The notes below the pieces were generated by a model. The model saw only the letters and a list, made by a program, of their open reading frames with translations, was not told where the DNA came from and ran no database searches. DNA of 64,000 nt from Nemertoderma westbladi (taxonomy: Eukaryota > Animalia > Xenacoelomorpha): NCBI GenBank assembly GCA_032718475.1, contig JAUCBJ010006805.1:1-64000 (forward strand), in the 5' to 3' direction. Position 1 is the first letter of the stretch; each line of letters opens with the position of its first letter. This document shows positions 13,001 to 22,947 of the stretch, one piece after another. The position numbers were made by a program, and so were the translations under genes.

Positions 13001-13666
13001 TATGGAGATGGGGAGGAGCGGACGGTGGAGTGTCGGGAGGACAAACCGGAGAAGTGTCCGGTGGAGTGTCCAGAGGAGCGCCCGGAAGAGACGCCGGTCC
13101 GGTTGAGAGGCATACCGACAAGGGGGAAGCCGAGTAAGAATCCAAGATGGAAAGGGAGAAGATGTGAGACGATCAAACCAGGGGCAGAGAAGCCCATGAA
13201 TAAACATATGGTGGACAAAGGAGGCGGGAGAGTAGGAGGCGTGCTGCGTACGCACGCGGAACTGACAGAGTGCGAGGGGGCATTACATGGGCAGACATCG
13301 TGTATACCGAAGGACGAACGGGGGTCGTTGAAGCCTTTAATGCCAGCACACATATTAAGGGGGAGGCCAACAGAGGTGGCATCTAAGATTAAGGAGAAGA
13401 ACAGGGGCGGCATTATACCGCCGGGTGACACGTTGAAGGGTGGCACTTTGCCGCCAAGGGACGACCACGAGATCAGAAACATAAATAGAAGACAGCATTT
13501 CCAAAAACAGGAGAAAAGACCACCTATCGAATTGACAAGGAGAGCGGAGCGAAGAATTAGAGAACCTATAGGGGGGCAGTGGCAGAGTTGCCTGCTGGAG
13601 GAATCACCCCTTGGGTCGCTGAGTTGTCCAACAGGTTGGACTGGGATGGAAGAGTTAGATCCGTAA
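10046..13666 (+). CDS. BEL/Pao Gag core plus aspartic protease; RT, RNase H and integrase absent
   Basis: LPPVEPFKFDG..EEYLQF (DUF1759-type capsid region), CSRCVKSGHKAREC knuckle, LVDSGAAFTLV protease, AILTPFGWTLTGP. PLMPAHILRG resembles the end of BEL integrase. No YxDD motif. The frame is open from 10046. Confidence 0.88.
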   Translation, partial: QRVSGEKGGAESVPQPSADNARAEIGKPQQPATESNRGITSIPSDVRPGKERQVDVAGGRTKRRAQSEEERRTVGFNREVDERSREREYSTDTRRKEDSSRSIAANDRRARTDSEPSVVEMRTESQWGRTPGDCRRPGEMRPGEAHCTPREGYAMYQNEDENSREGGRRETFRRNVPTGRDYGSRREDYSRRINFDPEQHMQTVGHTRGLTAHTVGHTERGNVGDRIAWTTGLNPEVAEYIPAGRPEADRPIPVPALQYDYSMQGHNIYPGEGGIIADRCMGPNILTSTPVPDIPVGGGQGDIPPSQYQQYTPMVARTTRPLDENRSCDTDIWRGPLPPMTYPSQRKSRNRTDGTHQTGETIQHPSNPLEAQAIGMATLIDALKTRIELPPVEPFKFDGSRPEEYLQFRRMYSNEILTKNLTQAECLKYLQVYTGGPAYDIVRQYQGIEGGFTTAWRALDREYGHPAKIIRQTLRGITSGGLQDNPVSIKTFANKVEKALIVLKTLDAPYELNASNNITTIAQALPSWLRNKWRKIAFSTRDKKGAEPGLEEMSNFLNYEAELITDPVYSEDSLGKGPKTDYHRPKPEHNTSNALPRLRQSLPYAATQGTASPQTNEDKTTSRDGQGNNNNMNKHNPSTSSRPNPVNKNSRDFGTNITAIRNALYKEGYDPKSKCQLHANALHKTMNCRYWQALPRQDQIDYASCNKICSRCVKSGHKARECQEKPVKFGQRRGQTMATSTVGAKKTGTVLLGVVPVRVIGEGNRSVTTLMLVDSGAAFTLVEEWVAEEIGLRTRPSRMAVTTISSKDEILEMRTGRCAIAAVAPGCDYGATIDPIQVIESININARRPTNIEVEQYKFLDNIDFSIPDVDVRKVSIIVGMDCPTAHERKQTVFGEDKQSDPVAILTPFGWTLTGPIKSNIPFHVSESSGCMVPGTDEIEERPEMGNSGRQLEVEATPREWAEENGMDAEDLETMGWNKGPSKYRYGDGEERTVECREDKPEKCPVECPEERPEETPVRLRGIPTRGKPSKNPRWKGRRCETIKPGAEKPMNKHMVDKGGGRVGGVLRTHAELTECEGALHGQTSCIPKDERGSLKPLMPAHILRGRPTEVASKIKEKNRGGIIPPGDTLKGGTLPPRDDHEIRNINRRQHFQKQEKRPPIELTRRAERRIREPIGGQWQSCLLEESPLGSLSCPTGWTGMEELDP

Positions 13667-13821
13667 AAGGTGCGGGCAGAGGTGTTACCTGTCTTCTAGA
13701 AGGGGCACCTTAAATTGGAGTTAGAGTGGAGTTTAGTCGTCCAAGTTTTGGACTGAAGGGGGTGGGATTGAGGGCGAGACGCCCTTCCCACACAAATAAA
13801 ATAAAATAAAATAAAAATAAA

Positions 13822-15096
13822 AGTTAGTTAGTTAGTAGGTACGTAGTACCTAGAGTTAGTTAGTTAGTAGGTACATAGTACCTAGAGTTAGTTAGTTAGT
13901 AGGTACGTAGTACCTAGAGTTAGTTAGTTAGTAGGTACGTAGTACCTAGAGTTAGTTAGTTAGTAGGTACGTAGTACCTAGAGTTAGTTAGTTAGTAGGT
14001 ACGTAGTACCTAGAGTTAGTTAGTTAGTAGGTACGTAGTACCTAGAGTTAGTTAGTTAGTAGGTACGTAGTACCTAGAGTTAGTTAGTTAGTAGGTACGT
14101 AGTACCTAGAGTTAGTTAGTTAGTAGGTACGTAGTACCTAGAGTTAGTTAGTTAGTAGGTACGTAGTACCTAGAGTTAGTTAGTTAGTAGGTACGTAGTA
14201 CCTAGAGTTAGTTAGTTAGTAGGTACGTAGTACCTAGAGTTAGTTAGTTAGTTAGAGGGTACGTAGTACCGTTAGTTAGAGTTAGAGTTAGAGGGTACGT
14301 AGTACCGATAATTAGAGAGTTAGAGGGTACGTAGTACCAATAGTTAGTTAGAGTTAGAGGGTACGTAGTACCGATAGTTAGAGAGTTAGTAGGTACGTAG
14401 TACCTAGTTAGAGTTAGAGTTAGAGGGTACGTAGTACCGATAGTTAGAGAGTTAGAGGGTACGTAGTACCAATAGTTAGTTAGAGTTAGAGGGTACGTAG
14501 TACCGATAGTTAGAGAGTTAGTAGGTACGTAGTACCTAGTTAGAGTTAGAGGGTACGTAGTACCGATAGTTAGAGAGTTAGTAGGTACGTAGTACCTAGT
14601 TAGAGTTAGAGTTAGAGGGTACGTAGTACCAATAGTTAGTTAGAGTTAGAGGGTACGTAGTACCGATAGTTAGAGAGTTAGAGGGTACGTAGTACCAATA
14701 GTTAGTTAGAGTTAGAGGGTACGTAGTACCGATAGTTAGAGAGTTAGTAGGTACGTAGTACCTAGTTAGAGTTAGAGTTAGAGGGTACGTAGTACCGATA
14801 GTTAGAGAGTTAGAGGGTACGTAGTACCAATAGTTAGTTAGAGTTAGAGGGTACGTAGTACCGATAGTTAGAGAGTTAGTAGGTACGTAGTACCTAGTTA
14901 GAGTTAGAGGGTACGTAGTACCGATAGTTAGAGAGTTAGTAGGTACGTAGTACCTAGTTAGAGTTAGAGTTAGAGGGTACGTAGTACCAATAGTTAGTTA
15001 GAGTTAGTAGGTACGTAGTACCTAGTTAGAGTTAGAGTTAGTAGGTACGTGGTACCTAGTTAGAGTTAGAGTTAGGGGGTACGTAGTACCATTAGT
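13822..15096 (+). repeat. Tandem array of ~39 units (28-36 bp) with core GGTAC-GTA-GTACC and TTAG/TTAGAG linkers
   Basis: 13 near-identical 32-bp units followed by ~26 units in a higher-order pattern (hand count). Confidence 0.95.
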
Positions 15097-15594
15097 TAGA
15101 GAGAGAGAGTGAGAGATAAAAGGGGTAAATAGGATATAGATATTAGTTAGCAGTAAGTAGAGTTAGTAGCGAGAGGGGGGCATATGAGTACAGCTGGATA
15201 AATCGTGTGGCCACACGACGCATACTGCTGTACTGCATGGGCCCACAGAGTAGGCCAGAATATGGATCAGAGAATAGAATAAATCCATAGGCAGTAGTAG
15301 GTAGTAGGACAGTAGGATCAAAACAAACAAATAAATAGAATAGGGCTAAAAATCGAAAAATAGTGGCAACACAAGGAAAGTCGTTCTAGAACATAATAAA
15401 AGTAACGGACGGAAATTGTAAATTAGGCTGATTTACTAGCTCCGAAATTAATTAGGTTAAATTAAGCTTGAAAGGCGCAATTAAGTAGAAAGTAGGCCAT
15501 TATCGAACTGTACGAAACATCTTAAATACTTCACTCATCTGTATTGCGCCTTGGTAAGGCACCACCCTGCAGGTGAGCGAGTGTAGTGTTCGGA

Positions 15595-16998
15595 ATGGCG
15601 AGTAAGCTGATCAGGAAGAGAAAGGCGGAGTCAGGAGGAAAAGAAATATTGGTGGATTTCACCGAAAGACACCCGGAAGAGAAGACAAGAGGATACTACG
15701 AGCGGTTGGAAAGGGGTCACGCGGCACGAGCGCTGCAGGATCACTTCCGGGAGGCGCACGGACAGCGGTTGGTCGGGACCTACGGGACCCCGTCACTAGA
15801 CAACGCGATCTTCCAACACTTCCACTACGTGGTGAAAGGGGACGAAGCGAAGTTCGGGATTCCGAAATATCCGAGGGAATCACCGAGGAAGGACTGGAAA
15901 AGATTCATAGAGTCCGTCAACAGAGGAGGATATATGATCCTAGATGACGAGGGAACCGTGGAGGACGAAGCGGGTTCGAGACGAGGAACGGCAGGGTCGG
16001 CCAGGACCATACTCCTACATTTGGCCGCGCCGAATGGGGACATCTTCTTATTCGACCTAGGGACGTATAGGAAGAAGGACGGGCCGAAATTAGACCGGTT
16101 GCCGAAAGCGGTACAAGTCTTAGTAAGAGAGAAGTCGACGACGAAAGTGGGATCGGCGATTCGCGAGGACGCGGAGAGGATCATCGGTCCGGACGCCACC
16201 AACCTCCTGGATATGCAGAAAGTCTTTATGGCTATGACGGCACCGGATGGATTGGGGGTGGTCGAGAACTCAGGCCAATGCGGGGCGGTGGCGATGGGCC
16301 AATTATTGGGGCTCGTATGCCACAAACCAATGGATTGGGGGAAGTTTAGGGAAGAATACGGAGCAGAACTAGCGAACTCGCTGAAGTGGGGAGCGAGACC
16401 GGGAAAGCAGGAGGTATATCAGTTTCGCAGAGGAGCGATAAAGGTATATCAGAAGCGATATATCCTGCAGGAGGACTGGATGATGATAAGTTTGCTTAAC
16501 TTATTCATGACCGTAGTTATCGAAAGGGAACCAGGGGCATTTCTGTTATCGGGATCACCCCTAAGCTACAGGAGAGCCTTTAAAGTGGCCTTTGACGGTC
16601 TGGCAGACCACCCGGGGCTGAAGGGCGAGTCGGTGTACTACAACAGCCGACATCTGGTAGACGGGGAGACAGATACACCGTATCAGAGATGGGAGCAGCT
16701 AGAGGCGGACAGACGAGAAGCAAAGCGACTGGAAGAAGTCGCTAGACGGGAGAGGATAGAAGCAGAGGAGAGGGAAGAGGAGGCCAGGGCACAGAGTTAC
16801 GGCTTCGGGGAGCAGGCGGGCCTAGACGAACTTCATTGGACTTCGTCAGGGAGTTCGGGGGAGTCTCTAGGGCGAGAATTGGGATGGACGGTGGGATCGC
16901 CGAAACAGTCGACGTCGGGGTTGCAAACGATGCCCATACCAGCGGGCGCCGAGGGCGACCAACCGCCAAGGAAGTTAAGGGAGCTAGAGGGATGGTGA
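15595..16998 (+). CDS. DnaQ-like DEDDy 3'-5' exonuclease domain protein (WRN-exo/EXD/RNase D-like) carried by element B
   Basis: ExoI-like ILDDEG; LLHLAAPNGDIFLFDL; LPKAVQVLVREKSTTKVGSAIRED (ExoII-like); LLDMQ; QLLGLVCHKP; YQKRYILQED (ExoIII-like). Confidence 0.7.
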   Translation: MASKLIRKRKAESGGKEILVDFTERHPEEKTRGYYERLERGHAARALQDHFREAHGQRLVGTYGTPSLDNAIFQHFHYVVKGDEAKFGIPKYPRESPRKDWKRFIESVNRGGYMILDDEGTVEDEAGSRRGTAGSARTILLHLAAPNGDIFLFDLGTYRKKDGPKLDRLPKAVQVLVREKSTTKVGSAIREDAERIIGPDATNLLDMQKVFMAMTAPDGLGVVENSGQCGAVAMGQLLGLVCHKPMDWGKFREEYGAELANSLKWGARPGKQEVYQFRRGAIKVYQKRYILQEDWMMISLLNLFMTVVIEREPGAFLLSGSPLSYRRAFKVAFDGLADHPGLKGESVYYNSRHLVDGETDTPYQRWEQLEADRREAKRLEEVARRERIEAEEREEEARAQSYGFGEQAGLDELHWTSSGSSGESLGRELGWTVGSPKQSTSGLQTMPIPAGAEGDQPPRKLRELEGW

Positions 16999-18129
16999 GC
17001 TACGGGCGAGAGCCAAGGTGGGAAGGGACATAGTGGATCCATCGGGATACCGGGATTGGAGACACTACCGGAAGAGGAGGACGACGACGACGAATTCGGA
17101 GAGATGCCGCCCATCGAGAGGATAGGCCACTCGGACACGGACTGGGTTGGCGGAAGGGTGGTGACGGCCAGTGGGGCGAGGGCCTTCTGGAACAGATCCG
17201 GCAAGCGGACCTGGGTGCACGAGGAGCCGGTGATGGATTTCGCGGGGAGCACCATCAGGTTGGGCGAGCAACCGGGGACGGCACCACGGATAGTATTCGG
17301 GGAGACGATGCCCGAGAGGGGCGGAGAGATCGACGTAAACAGGGAGAGCAACGTAGAGAAGTTCGCCTACCAGCGACTCCATAGACCGCGGAGATCGCTT
17401 GGGACGAAGGACGAGGTGGGACGGGAGACATTGGTACTCGGCTGCGACTACTGTGGGAGACAGACCCATCGGGAAAGCAGCTGCCTGTACCGGTTCCAAC
17501 GGGGAACCTTTTGTCTCTACTGTAGAGAACCAAGTCACAGGATGGGGGCGTGTCCACGGTTGCATAACCGATGTCCAAAGTGCCACTTTCGGGGGCACTA
17601 CGGACGCGAGTGCGACTGGATGAGCGACGAGGAGAAGTTCACGAGGTTCGAGGAGTGGGCCGACGTCGGGGCCATGACGCGCCAGCGCATGAAGGCCCAA
17701 GAGTTCAAGTGGGGTTTCTTCCTTATAAACCAGGAGACCCACATGGAAATCATAAAGCGAAGGTTACCGTTTACCTATCAAGAGGTAGCTACGGCGGCAT
17801 CGTTCGCCGGAGTTATAAACACGCAACGGTACCTGGACAGGTGGACACCAGAGAACCTGAGGGAGTTTAGGGATTTCTTGGCGGAACACGTACCAAAGGC
17901 AATGAAAATGATCCTATGGGACGCCACACGAGGGAGACAACCAGGCCATTCTGAGGGGCCACCGGCGAAGCGGTATCGGGCTTTAATAACACCAGCGCCC
18001 AAGGAGCCGACAACCGGGATCAGCAAGGAAGTGGCAGCGAAGGTCCGGAAGCAGAAAGCGGATGATGCCAGAGGAGCGGTGATAACCAAGAAACGGGCCA
18101 GGGAAGAGGACGTGAGGAGGTACAGATGA
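16999..18129 (+). CDS. Triple CCHC zinc-knuckle protein; same frame as the exonuclease ORF, separated by one TGA
   Basis: CDYCGRQTHRESSC, CLYCREPSHRMGAC, CPKCHFRGHYGREC, followed by a basic NLS-like C-terminus (PPAKRYR, KKRAR). Confidence 0.8.
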   Translation, partial: ATGESQGGKGHSGSIGIPGLETLPEEEDDDDEFGEMPPIERIGHSDTDWVGGRVVTASGARAFWNRSGKRTWVHEEPVMDFAGSTIRLGEQPGTAPRIVFGETMPERGGEIDVNRESNVEKFAYQRLHRPRRSLGTKDEVGRETLVLGCDYCGRQTHRESSCLYRFQRGTFCLYCREPSHRMGACPRLHNRCPKCHFRGHYGRECDWMSDEEKFTRFEEWADVGAMTRQRMKAQEFKWGFFLINQETHMEIIKRRLPFTYQEVATAASFAGVINTQRYLDRWTPENLREFRDFLAEHVPKAMKMILWDATRGRQPGHSEGPPAKRYRALITPAPKEPTTGISKEVAAKVRKQKADDARGAVITKKRAREEDVRRYR

Positions 18130-18801
18130 GTTCCCGGAGACGAGGGAATGAGACTGAGACTGGGAAGTGGTGCGCCTGGAAGGCGCCGCATGTAACGCAC
18201 GAACTATTAAGTATAAATTTAATTAATGCAAATAATCATATAAGTGCAATTTGTATGTACGTACGTAGTGATTAGCAGTAAAATACATACGTTTGGAGTA
18301 AGTACTATAGTCATACAACCTTTCTCAACTAGCTAGTGGGACTGGGGGGAATAACTGACTATGGCACTATGGACGAGACAACTGACAATTTCACACTTCT
18401 CGAGTGCGACGGCACGAGAGGGGGGGAGGTTCGTCAGGAGAGATAAAACAGTCAAAGTGGAGTTGAGGATCGGAATAAGAGTGCGAAGTGCGGAGAGAGT
18501 GCGAACGCAATTCTAGTGTGGGGGGGGGGAGAATGAGAGGCTGAGTAAGGGACGAGGAGGTCCGGGGGTATGAGAAAGTTAGGGTGAGAGTGAAGGTGAG
18601 ATAGGGCGAAAATGTTGGGGAAACAAAGGTCGTGTGAAGAGGTGAGCGCGATCGGCCCGACATGAGACGCCAGGCACACAGGGTAGCGTTATCATACCCA
18701 TAGGGGGCGGCCTGGAAAGCCGGCTCCTAGAGAAAAGAATTCCACCCCACACCCGATATTAGATCGGGATCCAGCGGGATTGTAACGCACTTTTTTGGTT
18801 G

Positions 18802-18839
18802 ATGCTATCTTCTTACCGGGAAGATAGCATGGGGGGGAG
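18802..18839 (+). other. 11-bp hairpin followed by the polypurine tract of element B
   Basis: ATGCTATCTTC-N7-GAAGATAGCAT, then GGGGGGGAG abutting the 3' LTR. Confidence 0.85.
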
Positions 18840-19380
18840 TGTTAGCTTATTCAATCCCGCCAACACCCCATAAAGTTATAAGCCGATAAGCAATATTGGG
18901 AGCCACGAGATTGGGCAATTAACCAACTCGTGCCATCCCAATAAGAGTGGGAAGGAAGCACACAATAGAGGGTCAGGGGCCAAACCCCTAACCCAGAGAG
19001 AACAGGTGGAGTGAACGGGAATACTCCACGGGGCGCCAACAAGGGTATTAACCAATCAGAGGGGGGAATGGCATCGATTGAGTAGCAGTAAGGCCACCGT
19101 GCAATATAACCAATAACCTATTAATCAGTGATTCAGTTATCTCAGTGCAGCAGTGCTAGCGTAGGGTACAGTCAATTAGTTTAGTTAGGGGATCACGGGA
19201 CTTTAGTTACCGTATCCCGCCTTGTACACATTATACCTATATCTATATCCTATGTCCTATTATTATTATACACCGAACTTCAGAACTCAGTTACCTTTAT
19301 TTCACCCTTATACACGGCGGGGACGCGTGGACTAAATTACCACATCGGATAAATCGGGATCCCTCCTGGATCCCGTCACA
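18840..19380 (+). repeat. 3' LTR of element B
   Basis: Direct repeat of 7131-7671. Confidence 0.95.
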
Positions 19381-20308
19381 TAATATGTTGTTTGAACCTT
19401 ACTGAGCGCATTAGGGAATATGCGTACAAATAACCGGCCCTTATGAGGCTTCGATTGGGTAAATTAATAAAACATAAGGTTGTATAGTATAATATTCTAA
19501 AAACCAGTGTGATATTAAATGCACTTTAAATAATAAATAGAAATCAAATAACAATTGGACCACACAATTAAAAACTCGCACAATTTTGTACTTATTATAT
19601 CGCTTCAAATTAATTTAACAGTGGATATTTGTGGGAAGGGGGAAGTTACAGTGTGCATTCGGGGGAAGTTTGGTGAACTGCATTTATGCAGTGAATCCAA
19701 ACTTCCCCCTTTGATATATCATATACTTAAGACATGCTAGGGTGACGGGAAAATATTTGTTACTGTCACACTTTGCTTCCATTTATCCTATCCTTTATTA
19801 TTACCCCAGTCAGATAAGAGATAATAAATCAGTAAAAACTAAACTAAACTGTCTTTCATGCAAACAAATTTCTAACTAAAGACGGGTGAATGACCATGAC
19901 CAAGAAATAATTTTAAATATAATTGTATATCAACTATTTGGGGAGGCTTCCAAGTTAAACCCGAAAACAATTATTTTGTTACATATCTAGTAAATAACGT
20001 TGTATGTTCTTCTTCCTCTCATAATAAAATATATATGAAATATCTCTGATCGCTGTGCCCTGAACATTTCACAACCAAAATGTTTCAGTGTGAAAAGTGT
20101 AGGCCTACCACACCCCGCCCAAACAGCCGCAAACGCATAGCCAACAAATTTATCAAAAGTTTACATACATGTTGTGTTCATGACGAGATGAGTGAAAATT
20201 GATCGCGTAATATAAACTAAAAAATTGAGAGTCGGGCCTGGCTCTTCTCCACTTTCTTACCCAATGGAAATGTTGTTGTTATAATCTAACATTGGGGCGG
20301 CTTTCTCT

Positions 20309-21934
20309 CGGTCTTTCTGACTGTTCATTGGCTAACCCAGACAAGGATCAAAGACACGACTTTAGTGTAAATCTATTAATCGGTTCAGACTTCTATTGGG
20401 ACATTGTAACAGGAAAGACATTCCGTTGTTGGTTGGCTACTTTCTGGGAAAGTGCAACAAAGTTACGAGTTCTCAAATTATGACAACAATTTGCAAGACA
20501 ACACGTGTATGCTAATCAGTTCCACTTGTCAGAAGCTGAAAACGACAATTTTCAAGACATACTCAAAGGCTTTTGGGCAGTAGAAAGTTTGGGTAACGAG
20601 CAAATGGAAAGTGATGACACGTTTATACCAGTTCTAAACATAATGTTTAAAAGTAACGGACATTATTCTGTAAGTTTGCCTTGGAAATTAAATCCGACAA
20701 ATTTGACTGACCATTATTCATTGTGTTATAAACAATTATACTCTTTAATCCGCCGTTTACAAAAAACTGGTTTGCTTGTAAAATACGACAGTGTAATCCG
20801 GGATCATATAGCAAAGGGGTATATTGAACCAGTAAGTTGTGATCAAACGGGTTCAGTAATTCATTACATTCCCCATCATGGTGTAGTACGGGAGGAACGG
20901 GAATCCACTAAGCTTAGGGTGGTATTCAATGCCTCAGCACGCGCACATTGCAAAGATATATCATTAAATGAATGCCTTTTAAAAGGACCAAATCTCATCC
21001 CACATTTATTAGATGTGTTACTAGGTTTTAGGGATAAACGAATAGCTATAACAGCAGATATTGAACGGGCATTCTTACAATGCGAAATTAATGATTCTGA
21101 CAGGGATTGCCTTCGATTTCTGTGGGTACCATCATTAGATAATATCAATATAGATAATTTAGTTATTCAAGGGTACAGGTACACACGAGCTCTGTTTGGA
21201 TTGATATGCTCACCAAAAATACTTGCAGAGACTTTATCTCATCATCTAGAATTGGAAAAGAAGAAAACTGTAACCAGTCTCAACTGGTTACTGTCAAGAA
21301 GTTACAGAAGTTGTATGTAGACGACTTAGGAACAGGAGTAAATACCGTAGAGGAAGGAGTACAATTCATGAAAGAGGCCTGCTCAATCATGAAATCAGGT
21401 GGATTTAACATACGTAGAAGGGTTTCTAACTCATTACAATTACAGACAGAATTTGATAAAGAAACACTCAACAAATGTAACCAAGTTTTGGACATAACAA
21501 AATTTCAGGAGGAAGATCAGACATACGCAAAGTCTTCTCTGTACCTGCCGCTGGTTCAACCAGCCCAGGTGAAACGAATCTTAGGACAATGCTGGCATGT
21601 GGAAAACGACACATTTGGGTTTGACGTGACGTCAGTATACGACTATGTAAAATTGTTACCCAAGAATAAAAGAGCAGTGTTACAGTTATCAGCACGCCTA
21701 TATGACCCATTGGGCGCTCTGATACCATTCACAAGCCAAATGAAAGCCGAATTCCAAACATTATGTAAAACAACAAAAAATTGGAATGAACCACTTTCGT
21801 TGGCTTTAATTGAAAAATGGCAAAGATGGGTTGACAGTTTATTATCCCTCAATAAAATTTCATTTCCGAGATGCGTGTTTAACAAAACAAATACTATTAA
21901 AGATTTTGAATTGCATGGTTTTTCAGATGCCAGC
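20309..21934 (+). pseudogene. pol: Host BEL/Pao element C pol: reverse transcriptase and start of RNase H (frameshifted, truncated)
   Basis: HYIPHHGVVREERESTKLRVVFNASA, SLNECLLKGPNL, ADIERAFLQ, LYVDD, RLYDPLG, LHGFSDAS. Frameshifts at ~20430 and ~21260. Confidence 0.92.
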
Positions 21935-22947
21935 AGTAGTAGAGGAAGAGGGTCCCCCCACCCACTCCTCCCTAGCTTGGGCTTTGGGCGATATCTCGGA
22001 GGACTATTAAAAATGCCAAATTCCGGTGCTAAATTGCGGTGTTTAATTGGCCAGTTGCCACCATCAGTATTGATTCGCGTCGTTGCCATCAACCAATCAT
22101 CGATATTCACCTACGCGTAGCCTAACCTCGCGATGCCCGCCTTACTCGACAGCTGTTACCACCCATCAGTATTGATTCGCGTCGTTGCATCAACCAATCG
22201 TTGCATATTCATCTTCGCGTAACCTAATTTCACGATGCATGGCTAGCCCCCACATACCCAACCCATCGCTACTCGACTGCTGTTACCAACCAACTAACCA
22301 ACCAAACAACCAACCAACTGCCATGCTTGCCTAGCCCTCCGGTTACTCCCCTTTTCCCCACGCTACCGCATACTGTATACGATGACAACGATAGAGTCAG
22401 TCACGGAGGACGTGGCTGTTCGCGCTTTCAGACCTTTGGCAGTTTAACCCACCAAATTAAGATGTCTTCTAGATATTAAATCAGTTTTTAGTCTATGACA
22501 AGTATTAGATTCACTACACTAGTCGAAACCAATCCGTGCGCGACCATTCACCCGCTGGATATTCCCGGGAGATTGGGTTCGACGGTTTAATTTTATTGCT
22601 ATGTAAGCCTAATGTATTATTCGACTGACAGTATTATATAATCTCTGACAATATTATTTACCTTCGGGAATATTAACAGTTCCTTTAGGACGTGGCACTT
22701 TATCTACATAAACAGAGTTATGACTTAAACTACTCACAACGATATGGCTTAATTATAATTCACATATATGGCGCATTCTTTAGGAATGCTTCTTTAACAG
22801 ACTCACTCATACACAATGCTGCACAATACTGCACACTAATCTACCGATCTTCACTGATTTTAGTCACATATAAAAGGAACACAGACTGACTCATGTAGGG
22901 TCTATCAAATAACATTAGATTCACTTCAAACCACTTTAACATAAGTC

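Larger units (their letters stand above)
7131..19380 (+). mobile_element. Complete non-autonomous BEL/Pao-type LTR retrotransposon B (gag-protease, hairpin array, exonuclease/CCHC ORF)
   Basis: 541-bp LTRs (TGTTAG...GTCACA) with one visible difference. 5-bp TSD TAATA at 7126-7130 and 19381-19385. PPT GGGGGGGAG at 18831-18839. Confidence 0.95.
4994..20303. mobile_element. Unclassified non-coding insertion (~3 kb of its own sequence, 4994-7130 plus 19386-20303) splitting the protease region of element C; itself hosts element B
   Basis: Element C coding sequence stops at ~4993 and resumes at ~20309. TCTCT occurs at both junctions (4989-4993, 20304-20308). No clear TIRs were found, so the ends are approximate. 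Confidence 0.55.

Noticed and set aside
8389-13482. Long minus-strand ORFs opposite gag in element B
   Set aside because: Antisense shadows of a purine-rich coding strand, with no recognisable motifs.
13822-15096. CRISPR-like array (palindromic repeats next to a nuclease)
   Set aside because: The linkers are themselves repetitive rather than unique spacers, no cas genes are present, and the context is a eukaryotic retrotransposon.
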